Positions 1-17,776 of a DNA stretch of 64,000 nucleotides are shown here, in pieces. The stretch's first letter is position 1. Each line of letters starts with the position of its first letter. Both the position numbers and the translations under genes were made by a program. The notes under the pieces were generated by a model, which had not been told where the DNA came from, ran no database searches, and worked only from the letters and a program-made list of their open reading frames with translations. This DNA is from Eledone cirrhosa (lineage: Eukaryota): NCBI GenBank assembly GCA_964016885.1, contig OZ024742.1:224192001-224256000 (forward strand), written 5' to 3'.

Positions 1-14
1 TTACATACACACAT

Positions 15-90
<76 letters not shown>

Positions 91-196
91 CGTCAAGTAT
101 ACAATTTGTAGAAATTTGTTTTTTTCTACAAATTTCATACTTGACGGCCCAATATATACATATACATACATACACACACGCACACGCACACACGCG

Positions 197-237
<41 letters not shown>

Positions 238-239
238 GT

Positions 240-454
240 GTGTGTATTACACTTTGTCACACCGTTTCTTTCTCCCACACCTAGCTCGTTATCTATCAAC
301 TCCCTCACCCAGCACATACTCATTCAATTTCCGGCCCCTACACTCTATTTGACCACTGACCATAACATCCCACCCCATACCCATCCTCACCCCTAGCCCT
401 CCCTGAGAACTCTGCCACCACAATCTCCTACTCATGGGGACACACACACACACA

Positions 455-549
<95 letters not shown>

Positions 550-685
550 TTCCTGTGGTTACCACTCACCCACAATTCCTTTCTTTTCCACTCTACACTC
601 GGCCACTATACACTCCGGACTTTCCAACCTGGATACGAAAACCCAACTCCGACCATACTAGATACGAAAACCCAGCCACACCATC

Positions 686-730
<45 letters not shown>

Positions 731-1227
731 GCATGCACCAACACATTCAACCACACAATACACACCAATAACCATATATCCCAGCCAAACACATGCAAAC
801 ACACACGCGCGCATAAACATGCACAAATGTGTACACAGGGACACGTATACATGTGTGTGTTTGTGTGTATATGTGTACACACACTTCCACCCACAACACA
901 CTTAATACCCACACACGCAACATAATATGCACCCCACATACACACAGCCACCAACTACACGTCTGCACTCCTTACCTCGACCACCAAACCCACACGTCAG
1001 ACCACCCCACCCATCACTCTTACTCCCCCTTTCTTTTTTATTTTCTTTCTAATTTTCTTTTCTTTTTTATATTTTCTTTGCGCTTTTCCTTTTGTATTCT
1101 GTCTTTTTCTAAACAGTGTTTCTCCTGATGAAGGGCAAACGCCCGATACTCTGACTGTGTAACTCACTCTCTTTCTTTTAAGTGTGAAACTAATACAACT
1201 TTATGTTAATGCATCATCTTGTTTTCT

Positions 1228-1229
<2 letters not shown>
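240..1229 (+). mobile_element. CA-rich non-coding element between (TA)n tracts, ending in a degenerate hammerhead (Penelope pLTR/retrozyme-like)
   Basis: CTGATGA-a-gggc-aaac-gccc-GATAC at 1125-1149 (GAAA mutated to GATA). Composition and layout resemble the minus-strand element at 19447-20140. Confidence 0.5.
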
Positions 1230-1314
<85 letters not shown>

Positions 1315-2124
1315 AAGAAAGTGATATAGTGAGAGAAAGGTCTGATACATTTATTATTGTCAGACAGAAGGAATGAAATGGTGGTTTAATTCAGTTGGAA
1401 GAATCAATGAAAAGTCTTTGAGAGTAATAATCCAATTGGAATGTCTGTCTTGAAGAAAGAAATTCTTTCTGAAAGGCTGTTAAAATATTCCACTAAGACA
1501 ATCTAAGTCAATGCTTTCATAATTTAATTTTAGCCGACTGACCAAATGACAAGATATTTGAACCCTCCCCCTACCATATGAAATAAACTGCCTATGATTT
1601 TCAAATAATTTTGAAAATAATAAAGAATTTGAAAGAATTTAGTAATATAACTAACTTTCTCGTTATTAATCCGCTGTTTAGAACATTACTTAACAAATGT
1701 TCTTGAATAAAATATTTATGGAAGCTTTTTAGATAAATATGAACAATTTAATAATTTTGTTACCATATTTCTAATGAAAGACACTGTCTATAATTTCCAC
1801 ATAATTTTTATATCACGAATTTGGAGGGATTTAGTAATATAACTAAATTTCTCAGCTGGTGTTTGGAACATAACCTAACAAAGGTAGTTACATAAAACTA
1901 TGAGGTTTTTATATAAATATAAGCACTTTAAAATAAACAAACGACGGTTTCAGACAGTCTGGTATAAAGAAAGTTGAAACGAATGAGGACGGTTTTAAAA
2001 TTTTGTTTAAAAATTATTTCAGTTACGAAGGCGTGTGGGCAGTTCAATTTGTGGATTGAGCAGCATGTTGTATTCTTGAGTAAAATATACTTTATTTCAC
2101 ATTGCTCTTTCTGCCAGGAGTTGC

Positions 2125-2375
2125 AGCCGACAGACTGTATCAGTAATGGACTGTCCAATGGAAACATCATCTCCTCGGTCCGATTTGATGATTGGTACCT
2201 CTCACTTTCTAGTAGGGGTTGCGACAGACAGACAGTATCAGCAATAGTACATTGTTTCCTTAGTCTGATCTAACGATCGACTCTTTTCCCTTTCTGTCAG
2301 GATTTGCGACTGACAGTATCAGCAATAGAAAGACCAATGGAAACATTGCTTCCTTGTTCTGATCTGATGAACGAC
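2125..2375. repeat. Degenerate tandem repeat of about 90 bp (gacagacagtatcagcaatag...), about 3 units
   Basis: Motif recurs at about 2129, 2223 and 2308. Confidence 0.55.
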
Positions 2376-2719
2376 TCCTTTCCTTTTTTTCAGTCTTAAA
2401 TATATAAATCATAAAATACAAAATAAAACAAGAAGGTGCAGGCATGGCTTTGTGGTTAATTCTATCTCATCTTAAGTCTATTTTCTAGTTTCTTTTTATG
2501 AGAAACACCTTTGTTAATGATGTCAATTTTAGACGTGAAGTAGGCGGGTTTAACAATAAAATTGTCAGAGATTGTCACCTAAAGGAAGTGAGACAGGGGC
2601 TGCTTGCTGTCAACGGCAGACATCAAACATAACTTGACATTTACTGAGTGATGTCATCGCTTATAACATATCCCATAACAGCTTGTACATGGTGATAGAA
2701 GATTTCAGTTGATTGCACT

Positions 2720-2955
2720 ATAGAGTTAACTATACTATGGTAATAGAACTTGTCAATAGATATTGGTGTATAATTAAATATACAGTAAAACGTACTATGG
2801 TAATAGAACCTGTCTATAGACAGTGGAGTACATTTATATAAGTTACTATTGTAATAGAACGTGGTTATACAGATTGGTGTATATACAGTTAGTTACTGTG
2901 TCAATAGATCATGACTACGTATAATTATACAGTTATCTGCTATAGTAATAGAACA
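2720..2955. repeat. Degenerate 40-60 bp minisatellite (tactatggtaatagaac), continued at 4110-4350
   Basis: Core actatggtaatagaac recurs several times in both blocks. Confidence 0.6.
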
Positions 2956-2972
2956 CAAATATGTGCGTACGC

Positions 2973-3029
<57 letters not shown>

Positions 3030-3130
3030 TATATATATATATATATATAATATAATATTAGGGATACTATTTATGGTTATGTATATATTAAAACTTTTTA
3101 TAGTTATGTATATTTTAAACCCTAAACAGT

Positions 3131-3700
3131 GAAGGTCAGTAATTTATTACTACCTTATTACCAGTAAGATGAATAGCTCAATGTAATAACATCAGTTGTT
3201 CTACAGAGCAGTTATATAGAATTCACAAGAATCAAAGCTATGTTCAAAGCATTTATTCACTTACAATTGTTTCATCCAAACCTAGGCTTGGAATCTTCGG
3301 AGCATTTTTCAATGTTTGTACATATAATTGACCTCCTTTCCAACGCAAGAGACATACAGATACATATATATATATATTGATGTACAGTGGAGTGGCATAT
3401 ATTATACTATACTATTTTTGTACAGCAATTCAAATTCAAAATCAAAATCAAAATCAAAATCAAAATTAAAACAAAAATCAAAATTAAAATACATTCGGCA
3501 GATAACACAGATAATACAAGAGGATAGTTTGATAGTCAGGTCTAGCAGGTAGTGTATGCGTTAGTTACACGTGGAGCATGCAAGTGTGTCTCATTTTTAT
3601 ACTATTATTGTGTGGCAGGGTGTTACACGTAATGCAAGCACTTTAAGCGGGTAAGCAAGATTATTATGGTGGTTGTAGTGGTAAGGTATTTTTTGTATAG
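3131..3700 (-). mobile_element. Solo Penelope pseudo-LTR, same family as 34757-35364 and 37403-37960, with HHR-like motif at 3259-3303
   Basis: gaaggtcagtaattt...ccttattaccagtaag...aatagctcaatgtaa matches 34760-34815. Minus strand reads gct-CCGAAGA-t-tccaa..ttgga-t-GAAA-C-aatt-GTA-agt. Confidence 0.7.
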
Positions 3701-4577
3701 AACAAAAAAAGTATGTGTGCAGAAAAATAAAAATAAAAATAAGAAGCAAAAGAAAGTTATGGTTTTCGTATCCACCATCATTTTCACATTCAGAAAAAGT
3801 AAGATATAGTTTCTACATCCATCACATAAGTAACGATGATTCCGTATTGAATGTTTGATGCATTAAAATAAATTATTTTAGCGTATTGAGGCTCAGTGTT
3901 ATTTAATCCAAGTTTATAGAATAGGTTGATTCTGCTGCGAGAATTTACAGCGGTTTATTACCCGGAAGTATGTATATATATTTAATTTAAGGTTTTAGTT
4001 GGATATTTCAAGGAACTAATAGTTTATAGTCTTTTCTGATAAAGGCACACATCCTCAATTATCGGATGCTGTATGTACTAGTCACAAAATCTAATCACCA
4101 GTCGAGTTTACAACCGTACTATGGTAATAGAATATATCCAGACATAGTGATGCACAATTATAGAGTTAACAACTGTGATAATGGAATAGACCTATAAATA
4201 ATAGTGTAGAATTTATACAGTCAACTGTGATGTGGTAGTAGAACCTATCTATAGATAAAGGTTTATAATCATGCAGTAAGTTACTATTGTTATAGAACAT
4301 GGTTATATATAGTGGTCTATATTCAGTTAATTACAATTGTAATAGAAGGTAACTATAGACAGTGGCGGACTGGGTCTAAAAATATTGGTTGCAAGGAGAT
4401 GAAGGAGGCCCACCTACATATAGAATGCTATCATTTAAATTTCATAATGAATAAATATCATTTTCGAAAAATACATAAGTGGAAACAAAACAGTGCAATC
4501 AAATTTTTGCGGAAAAATATCTTACCTTCTCTAATAAAAATATTGTGAATTTTGCGAAATCAGAGACTTTCAATAAT

Positions 4578-4679
4578 TTTTTCTACTTTAGGCACAAGGC
4601 CAGTAATTACCCAGTACATTACTGGTACTTTATTTTATCGACCCCGTAAGGATGAAAGGCAAAGTTAACCTCGGCAGGT
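4578..4679 (-). mobile_element. 5'-truncated tRNA-derived SINE (Nin/Deu-domain-like) with 16-bp TSD
   Basis: Matches the 3' part of the SINE at 53704-53890. TSD agagactttcaataat at 4562-4577 and 4680-4695. Confidence 0.8.
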
Positions 4680-4699
4680 AGAGACTTTCAATAATGACC

Positions 4700-5147
4700 A
4701 GAAGTCAACCCTAAATATTACTAACAGCTCCAGGAAAGCCATGAACGACATCACATCTTTTTAACTTTGATTTTGAAAGTAGGTTTATAAATATCAATTT
4801 TCATTATACTTTTGTAGCTGTCTCGGTGGCCTAGTTGGAGGAAGCATAGACGGTGGCGATCCTCGTCTGAAGTTCGATCCTGGTCGGGAGTAGGGTTCCC
4901 TTTTCAGTTTTTTCTATTGGTTGTAAAATAAAAACTGAAGAAGCTTACATGTACCTCTTGACCAGGATTGAACCTAAGGTCATGATCTCCACCATCTCTA
5001 GTGATTACCACTAGGCCACAGAGACAACTACGAAAATCATATGAAACTTAATACTTATAAACCTACTTTCAAAATTTTCAAGACAAAATGATTGGTGTCG
5101 TTCATGTCTTTTTTAATGTTATTGCTCCTACTTAAGGTCGACTTCTA
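4700..5147. mobile_element. About 450-bp palindromic MITE-like element with a tRNA-like A/B-box segment in each arm
   Basis: 4700-4890 is an imperfect reverse complement of 4953-5147 (ttttgaaagtaggtttataa / ttataaacctactttcaaaa). Arms contain gtggcctagttgg and gttcgatcct. Confidence 0.65.
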
Positions 5148-5404
5148 AATCATTTGGGTGTTCCATAAACTACATCCTCGTTTTGTTTCTCATCTATCTA
5201 GACTACATTTTAACCCGTAATCCATGTTTCATTTCTGTTCCTCTTCATTTCTAGAATGCTATCATTTAATTTTAATAATGAATAAATAACATTAAAAAAA
5301 AAATACATAAGTGGAAACAAAACAGTGCAATCAAATTTTTGTGTAAAAATATCTTACCTTCTCCAATAAAAAATATTATGCACTTTGCGAAATCCAGAAA
5401 CTTT

Positions 5405-6277
<873 letters not shown>

Positions 6278-6361
6278 ACATTTTGTTTAATGTTATTTTT
6301 TTTTATGTTATATATACATATATATGATTGTGTGTCTGTGTCTATATATATATATATATAT

Positions 6362-7041
6362 ATATTTAGAAACACACAGATACATGCGGACACACACATA
6401 TATACATGAATGCATCCGCACCCAACTGTGAGTTAAGGGTGCCAACTTCACCGATGTTGCTCAATGAATGACTGGGACAGACCAATTCAGTTTGAACCAG
6501 ACTGAACCAGTATCAGAGTTAAAAATACATTATGAAGAGAGAAGAAACATTTAGATATAATTAGTAATAAAATGTATCATACCTAAACTGTTCCTAAATT
6601 CCTCGACTACGTAGTTTCGTGGCATAAACAAAAACAATATATCAAAGATATAGAGTCCTTGCGAGGTCTGCCGACTTATCAAGAGGATACCTCATTTTAC
6701 TAGTCTCAAGAACGCGTCTACACGACGTGAGAAGGAATCCCAAAAGGCGGAGGGGGAGACAGTCACGCGATATAACGGTCGAGAAACAGAGCTAAGCCTC
6801 TTATAACCACGAAGAAAATACCACGGAGGCGGAGGGGGTATTCATATCGAGGCCGTAGAAGAGGTAGTGAAGAAGGCGAGAAGTATGAGTAATGGAAGCT
6901 TTCCAGTTGTCCCCACACTTCAAAGATTGCTCGACCAGAGGGAGTTATTAATATATTTAGAAACACACAGATACATGCGGACACACACATATATACATGA
7001 ATGCATCCGCACCCAACTGTGAGTTAAGGGTGCCAACTTCA
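6362..7041 (-). mobile_element. 591-nt non-coding monomer with about 85-nt terminal redundancy in (TA)n, with degenerate HHR at 6601-6686 (retrozyme-like)
   Basis: tttagaaacacacagatac...gccaacttca at 6365 and 6956. Minus strand reads cctc-TTGATAA-gtcggca...tgccac-GAAA-CTACGTAG-TC-gagg. Confidence 0.7.
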
Positions 7042-7043
7042 TA

Positions 7044-7088
<45 letters not shown>

Positions 7089-7439
7089 TGCATGCATGAA
7101 TGAATACACTACGCTTTAGATTTAGTAGAATGTACTACCACTGATTTCAGCTATTTGCACTATTGTATATTTTGGTTTCTATTAATTCCCTGGGGAATTG
7201 GTTGACCAAATACTTTGCTTAATTGTTTAAATTATTTTAAAAAAATGTTTATTGTTTCTGTTAGATTTCAGGTATTTTTGAAAGCAAACATTGGCCCCTA
7301 AAATACTACAGTGGGCCCTGCAATGATACTGTGGGTTCTTGCGATGCTACCGTGGGCCGCCTGGGGCCCACTTGCCATTGGGCAATCTGGAACCTGGCTA
7401 GGCCATCACTGACTATAGATACATACTGGTGTCACTATA

Positions 7440-8030
7440 GATAGTAACTATGATCGTAATAGATTGTTGCTACGGTTAGCTATGATTGTTTGTTGTTATG
7501 GATGGTTATAATAGCCTATTGATATGGTTGGTTATAATAGCTTGTTGCTATGATTGTCTGTTGTTAAGACACGTAGTGATGGTTTATTCCTATGGTCAGT
7601 TATAGTGGCTTGTTGATATGGTTTGTTACGATAGTTTGTTGTAAAAGCTGGTGATGATGGTATGTTGCTATGGCTGGTTATGATGGTTTGTTGCTATCGT
7701 TGGTTATAATGGATTGTTATTATGTCTGGTCATAATGGTCTGTTGCTATTGTTTGTTACGATGGTTTGTTGTAAAAGCTGGTGGAGATGGCTTGTTTGCT
7801 ATGGCTGGTTATGATGGTTTGTTGCTATCGTTGTTTACAAGGGATTGGTATTATGTCTGGTTATAATGGTTTGATAATATTAATATGGCTGTTTATGATG
7901 ACTTGTTGCTATTGTTGGTTATGATGGTTTGTTATTAAGGCTTGTAGTTATGGTTTCTTGCTAAGAGTTGTGGTTATGATTTGTTGCTATGGTTGGTTAT
8001 AAAGGCTTGTTGATATGGCTGGTTATAATA
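7440..8030. repeat. Degenerate minisatellite of about 20-24 bp (ttgttgctatggttggttatgatgg)
   Basis: More than 20 diverged units are visible. Confidence 0.75.
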
Positions 8031-8373
8031 GTTAATTATTAGTTAAACTTGGACGGTTACTAAACTTCTATTTGTTTCCGTGAAAAAAATTTCTCTGGTT
8101 TTTATCTTTCTCCACCCATCACAAAATCTCATCTTTCTTTTTTCAAGACTTTCTATTTCTTTCTTTATTTCATTCTATTATCTCCCCTTTCTCCCACTTC
8201 TACTCGCCCCAAATTCTTTATTTTTCCCCTCCTCCCACTACAATTTCTCACTTTCTCTATTTAACCCCCGCAAGAAATGACTGGTTAATTAACTTCATTA
8301 TTAAAATACAACAACAAAAACAAAACAAAATAAATATGAAACAGTGTGTGTGTGTGTGCGTGTGTGTGCGTGC

Positions 8374-8423
<50 letters not shown>

Positions 8424-8575
8424 AATATAAATGTATATATATATATAATGTAAATATAAATATATATATTTATATATATATTCATACATATATGTATATA
8501 TATGTATATCTATGCATATGTATATATATTTATATATATGTGTGTGTGTGTGTGTATACACATACACCCACACAC

Positions 8576-8613
<38 letters not shown>

Positions 8614-8727
8614 GTAAATATAAATGTATATATATATATATAATGTAAATATATATATATATATATTTATATATATATTCATACATATATGTATATATAT
8701 GTATATCTATGCATATGTATATATATT

Positions 8728-8764
<37 letters not shown>

Positions 8765-8784
8765 ATACACATACACCCACACAC

Positions 8785-8819
<35 letters not shown>

Positions 8820-9462
8820 CCATAAATATATAATAAGAACATTAGAAGTACAAACGTGAATCCTCCAAAATTTAATAAAACAAACATGCAACTAACAAAA
8901 ACAAATAACCGATGTAATCAAAAAGAGAGAAGAATAAGCAATATAGAATATCCGATATTACAATTACAAAAGAACAAGAAATATATCAACAAAGGCAGTG
9001 AAAGCGAAAGTGAAAGTAGGGGTATTTTGTAATATGAAAGCAAAGAATAGCAATGTGGGAGGAACAGGAAAAAGTGAGATAGACATAAAGTTCGAGAAAT
9101 ATCTATGATATAGAGGGACAAATAGATTGATAGATAAAGGGATAGATAGATGGGAAGAGAGAGGGAGAAAGAGAGAGAGAGAGAGAAAGAGAGGGGGGTT
9201 GGGGTAAAAGATAAAATAAGGTGTAGAAAAAATGTGGTAAAATGGCAAAAGATAAAAGAAGAAAATGTAAACAAAAGCATGAATATGAAGGTAGAAAGAT
9301 ATTTTGCAATGAGAAAGCAAAGAGTAAGAAATTGGGAGGAGAGAGAAAATAGATAAATAGATACATAGATAGATAGATAGATTGAAAGATAGAGAGATAG
9401 AGAGATAGAGAGATAGAGAGATAGAGATAGATAGATAGAGAGGGAGGAAGAGAGCTAGAGAG

Positions 9463-9508
<46 letters not shown>

Positions 9509-9789
9509 GAAGATATATATATATATAAATATATAAAGAGCGAAAGCGAGTGAAAGAGAAAGGGGTGTGAGAGGAGGGGGGGGGGGGTGAAGGTAAAAAA
9601 AAGGTTGTAGTAAAATAAAGAGTAAAACATTAAAAGTAATGAGGGTTAAGGAAGACTGCATTGGTCAAAGTCAACATACTAACGGCAAAAGAATATCTCG
9701 CGTGTCGTCGTCATTATTAATTACTTTGGCGACTCGTTAAAGCACAATTGGTAATAGAAGTCAGCGAATAGGGCAAATTAACAATTTAC

Positions 9790-12660
<2,871 letters not shown>

Positions 12661-13368
12661 AACATTTTTCCAAATCACATAACTACCGAAAAATGTTAAA
12701 TAAAATGACTACCAAACTTGCCTTCTCAACAACACCAAATTTAGTAAATCATTTAGCCTCTAGTAACAGTACTAAACCGAATAAGTATAGTTTAATATCA
12801 GACAATATAGTTAGCTCTACCAAAACAAATGCACAGGTAACTAGGAAGAGATCTTACCCTTGTAGATGTCCAAACCAGTTAAATAACCTTAATACTGTAT
12901 ATAATATACATTGTAACCCACTTTTCAACCATAACTGTAATTGCCGTCAACCACAATGCTGTCCCCTTACTGGCAATTGCCTCATATTTAACATAGTATA
13001 TGAGTGCACTATTTCTACATCTAATGGTACTAAAGCTTACATTAATGCAACGTCGATTAAATTTAAATCACGATACTACTCCCACCTCCACTCTTTTCGG
13101 AATGTAAAACTGAGGAATTGTACCTCGCTCATCAGTTACCTTTAGGGTTTAAAAGATTCGACCATCCCATATTCTTTCTCTTAGTCTCCTTTGAAAACTG
13201 AAAAATCTTACGAGCCTTGTAGCCTAAAATATAATTTGCTTTTACCTGCGTGCCTCTTAATAACGAAGTCTAATGTAGATTTATTGAATAGGAAATCTGA
13301 AATAATTTCAACGTGCCCACACAGGAAATCCTATTCTTTTTATTATTATAAATGTGACCGTACTTGAT
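12661..13368 (+). pseudogene. Penelope-like element ORF relic: RT thumb/linker plus GIY-YIG endonuclease
   Basis: KLAFSTTPNL...CNCRQPQCCPLTGNCL..IVYECTI..KAYINATSIKFKSRYYSH, and after in-frame stops LLNRKSEIISTCPHR, the typical PLE C-terminus. Confidence 0.85.
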
Positions 13369-13784
13369 AAACTTTTCAATGTAAATTTAAAATTATGTCA
13401 TGACCGTATTCTTAATAAGTAACATACTCCAATGACTCTTCAGAGAAAACCCATTTCGGTCGCTTGTATTCGCGATCAAATTCTTGCATAATTGATTTTA
13501 AAAAAAATCATTTTTCATATGTATAATTTTCTGATCATTGCCTGGTATATTTTGTGACATGGATTCCCCAAATCTAATATTGGTTTCCTGAAGAAATTTT
13601 GTGATATGTGATTGCAATTGTTTATTGACTGATTAATTGATCTGCAAATCATTGTTTATTTTTGCAATTGTATTTCGTTAAAATTGAAGCGAACGTAGAA
13701 ATTTATAAAATGATTTGAAGTGTTATCTTTGATTTTCCTCCTCAGATCTTATGTATGATTTCTTGTCCTCGAATACGAATCTAG

Positions 13785-14270
13785 CAAAGTAGGGCAAATC
13801 AGATAACCCTTAGTGCCCACTCTTCCAGAGTAGACAGACAGTGGAACACGTTCTGAGCTAATGCAGAGCAGCATTAATCCATGGAAGATACACTTGGAGA
13901 CACAATCAGGTGATTAAAAAGATCGTGCATGTTATAAGTACGGCAAAAGTAAAGCCCATAGCACGAGAATCTCAAAAAATATTCTATACGGCAAGAGGCA
14001 GCAAACCATGGCCAGGAACATATATACCATACAAGGTACGGGAATCAAGTCTGTTGGGTGATGTGGACAACTGGGAGTGTACAGCAGACTTCAGAGTATC
14101 GGCAAAACAACCACCATAAATCATCAGGAAGATTGGCTTGAGGCCGGATACCTTACTCTATTCCAGTCTAACAAAACAGCTGATTTTGATTGAACTTACC
14201 GTGCGAAGGTAGAATAGAAGATGAATACGTTTTTAAGAATGAAAAATACGCCACTTTGTCCAATCACTTC
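13785..14270 (+). pseudogene. Relic of an RLE-encoding non-LTR retrotransposon (HERO/NeSL/R4-like): CCHC knuckle plus restriction-like endonuclease
   Basis: Manual translation from 13814: CPLF..QTVEHVLS*C.AALIHGRYTWRHNQVI ... WECTAD ... GLRPDTLLYS..KQLILIELTV. It carries several stops. Confidence 0.8.
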
Positions 14271-15073
14271 AGAGTCACCAAGGTGATTAAGGAGTCCCAT
14301 CTTTTAAGTGGCCAATGGCTTCATCCTTTTGATGAAATCGGATGAACTGCTGCTGACCCACCGACGTCATTCTAATCCCGTTGAGAATAATGGACAGACA
14401 GCATCACATAGCTGAGCATTGGTGTAATTGTCCGTAGTCCCTGAGCCTTCTCAATTAAGATACAAGAGACTAGCCCCGCTTAGAAACCTTCAGGTTCTCA
14501 ATCCAGATTTTAAATTCAACTTACCTACCTGTAATTATTGGTGTACTTGGCAGTGGCGGATTAAGGAGTGGGAGCTGGCTAGACTGTAGCCAAGGATACC
14601 ACAATATTTAATGGGCTCTTAGTTAATTGTTTTGCAACCATAACTATTATGTATCTCCTGTCAATTCTTCAGCCTCGCGCAAGCTTAATCTGTCCCTGCT
14701 ATTTGGCTATGTTAGTAAATGCATAAATTATAATCTCGAAAGCCCAGACTTTGATCAGCTAAAACGCACAATAAAAACACAATCAGGAAGCAAAACAATA
14801 AAAGTATGAAAGACTTTTCTAAAGTTTTACAGGTGACATCATTTCTGTTATCCAAATTCCACCGACGGACTTTCATTCTGACGACTGAACACAGACTCAT
14901 CATCTGCCTTCAAGAAACCACTGGTAAATGAAATAATAATCTTATGTTGTTTATTACATAACTAATAAATATATATATATATATATATAAATATAAAGAG
15001 AGAGAGAGAGATAGATAGATAGATTAACACACATATAGACACATGTACATACGCGCGCACACACACACACACG

Positions 15074-15170
<97 letters not shown>

Positions 15171-15273
15171 TTACCACGTTGTATGCATAGACATACACAC
15201 ACACAAACATACAAATAAACTGGACAAAAATAAAAAAAAAACAGAAAAATACAGAAGAACGAACCTATCCCTA

Positions 15274-15308
<35 letters not shown>

Positions 15309-15485
15309 GGAACATCTCTCAAAGTTAAATTGAAGAACAAAAGAATATTTAAATTTCAATGTTACTTGTAGAACATGGCTGACGAAATAGGGCCAGAAGA
15401 TGAAAAGAAGAAAAGAAAGAAAAAAAGCAAAAAAGTATATATATATATACATGTATGTATATACACACACACACGCACACACACG

Positions 15486-15562
<77 letters not shown>

Positions 15563-15754
15563 TTATATATATATATATATATATATATGAATAGACGGAT
15601 AGATAGAAAGCTTGATAGATGAATAGATATATATGAATAGATGGATATTGGGATAGATAGATAGAAAGGGATGCAACAAATGTAATGAAGGAAACATAAA
15701 GGAAAAAGAACGAGAACGCAGTGAAGACATAATAATAATGATAATAATAACAAT

Positions 15755-15785
<31 letters not shown>

Positions 15786-15903
15786 ATAATAACAATAAAA
15801 GGCATCTTTAAAAAATAAATAGGAAAATATCAAATTAACTGATAAAAGATTTTAATTAAAAAGGAGAGTATTTAAAGTGTAGATTGAGCTGTTATTCCCT
15901 TCA

Positions 15904-16101
<198 letters not shown>

Positions 16102-16106
16102 GGTTT

Positions 16107-16137
<31 letters not shown>

Positions 16138-16216
16138 GTATATGTATGTATCTATGTGTGTATATATGTATGTGTGAATGTCGGTACATATGTTCATATG
16201 TAAGTATGTATACATA

Positions 16217-16304
<88 letters not shown>

Positions 16305-16429
16305 TATATGAATACATACACCAATTCTATTACATTTGCAGTTTTTTCTTTAATTTATTGATCTTGTAATTACTGAATAATATTTTACCTGATGTAACAC
16401 TTGTTGTTGACGATTTCGCCCCCTAAATG

Positions 16430-16581
16430 AACAACAACAACAACAACATCAGCAATAACAATAACAATGATAACAATAATAACACCAAAGAATAAACCTT
16501 GCAACAATGAAGGCACCAATAACATGGCGTATAGCGCAGTAGAGTATTGGAAACTTATTGTGGGGGCAATAATAATAATGC

Positions 16582-16647
<66 letters not shown>

Positions 16648-16730
16648 CAACAACAACAACAACAACAACAATAACAACAACAACAGCAGCAGCAGCAGTA
16701 GCAGCAACAGCAACAACAGTAGCAGCAAAT
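16430..16730. repeat. (AAT)n/(AAC)n/(AGC)n trinucleotide tract
   Basis: Direct inspection. Confidence 0.95.
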
Positions 16731-17464
16731 AAAATAAAATAAGAACAAAGAAAATATTTCCAAGTTTCAAAACATAATAATTAAATAAATTTAATTATCA
16801 AAGAAAAAGAATACAGAAAAAGAAAAAGAAAAGAAAATTGAAATAGAATTATACAAAAAAATATTGATGTTAATAAACATATTGATAAAAGAAAATAACA
16901 TATAAGTAATATTAATAAAAAAATAATAATAACAATAATAAATAGGTAATAACTGAAAAAAAGATTAAATTCCTAGTAAGTTATGTTCAGCCATATTAAA
17001 TACAAATAGTAATGAAATATTAGGGCGTCATCTATACGATATTTTTTGTTAAAGTTTGATGGTGAAGAAAGCAACAATAATAATAAAATTGTTGCCGTTT
17101 ATGATAGTTTGTTGATAACTGGTAAACAAAAAAATTAATACCACCATTACCACTGCGGAAAATAAGACTTTACGCTATCGCCACAGCGGTGGAAAATAGT
17201 GGAAAATAGTGGAAAATTAACAATATAATAGATTATAATAGATTATAATAGATTATATCCCTTTAACTACACTAACGTTACTTAGATATCTTCGCCATAT
17301 TTATATTCACCAAGATAGCGTGGCGATGTTAACATTCACCTGAAGATCATCCTAGAAGACATTAAAGTACTTGTGAAGACATGAAATATAATGTGAAAAT
17401 CAAAATCCGGTTGTGTTGAAATTTGATTGAGTAATGTGTGAGCTATGAACATTTTTACACACTA

Positions 17465-17547
<83 letters not shown>

Positions 17548-17721
17548 TAAGAGATTAAAGTTTAAGGGTGAAAGCAGCTTAAACTTTAATCTGTTATTTT
17601 AATAAATATTTGCTCTACGGTTCTTATATATTTGATATATATTTATGCTTATCGAGCCATCTTTAGATTTTGGTCTTCGAATTTATTATTATTACTATAT
17701 ATTACTATATATTACTATTAT

Positions 17722-17773
<52 letters not shown>

Positions 17774-17776
<3 letters not shown>

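Noticed and set aside
4816-4895. Functional tRNA gene
   Set aside because: A/B-box-like motifs are present, but no convincing cloverleaf or acceptor stem forms, and it lies within a palindromic repeat.
9696-9745. HHR-like relic on the minus strand (TTAACGA-gtcgcc..gacgac-GACA-CGCG)
   Set aside because: It has three or more core mismatches and no cleavage triplet or stem I, so it is too decayed to call.
17335-17397. ttcac-CTGAAGA...GAAA-tataat-gtgaa hammerhead candidate
   Set aside because: Stem II is poorly formed and there is no valid NUH triplet next to stem I.
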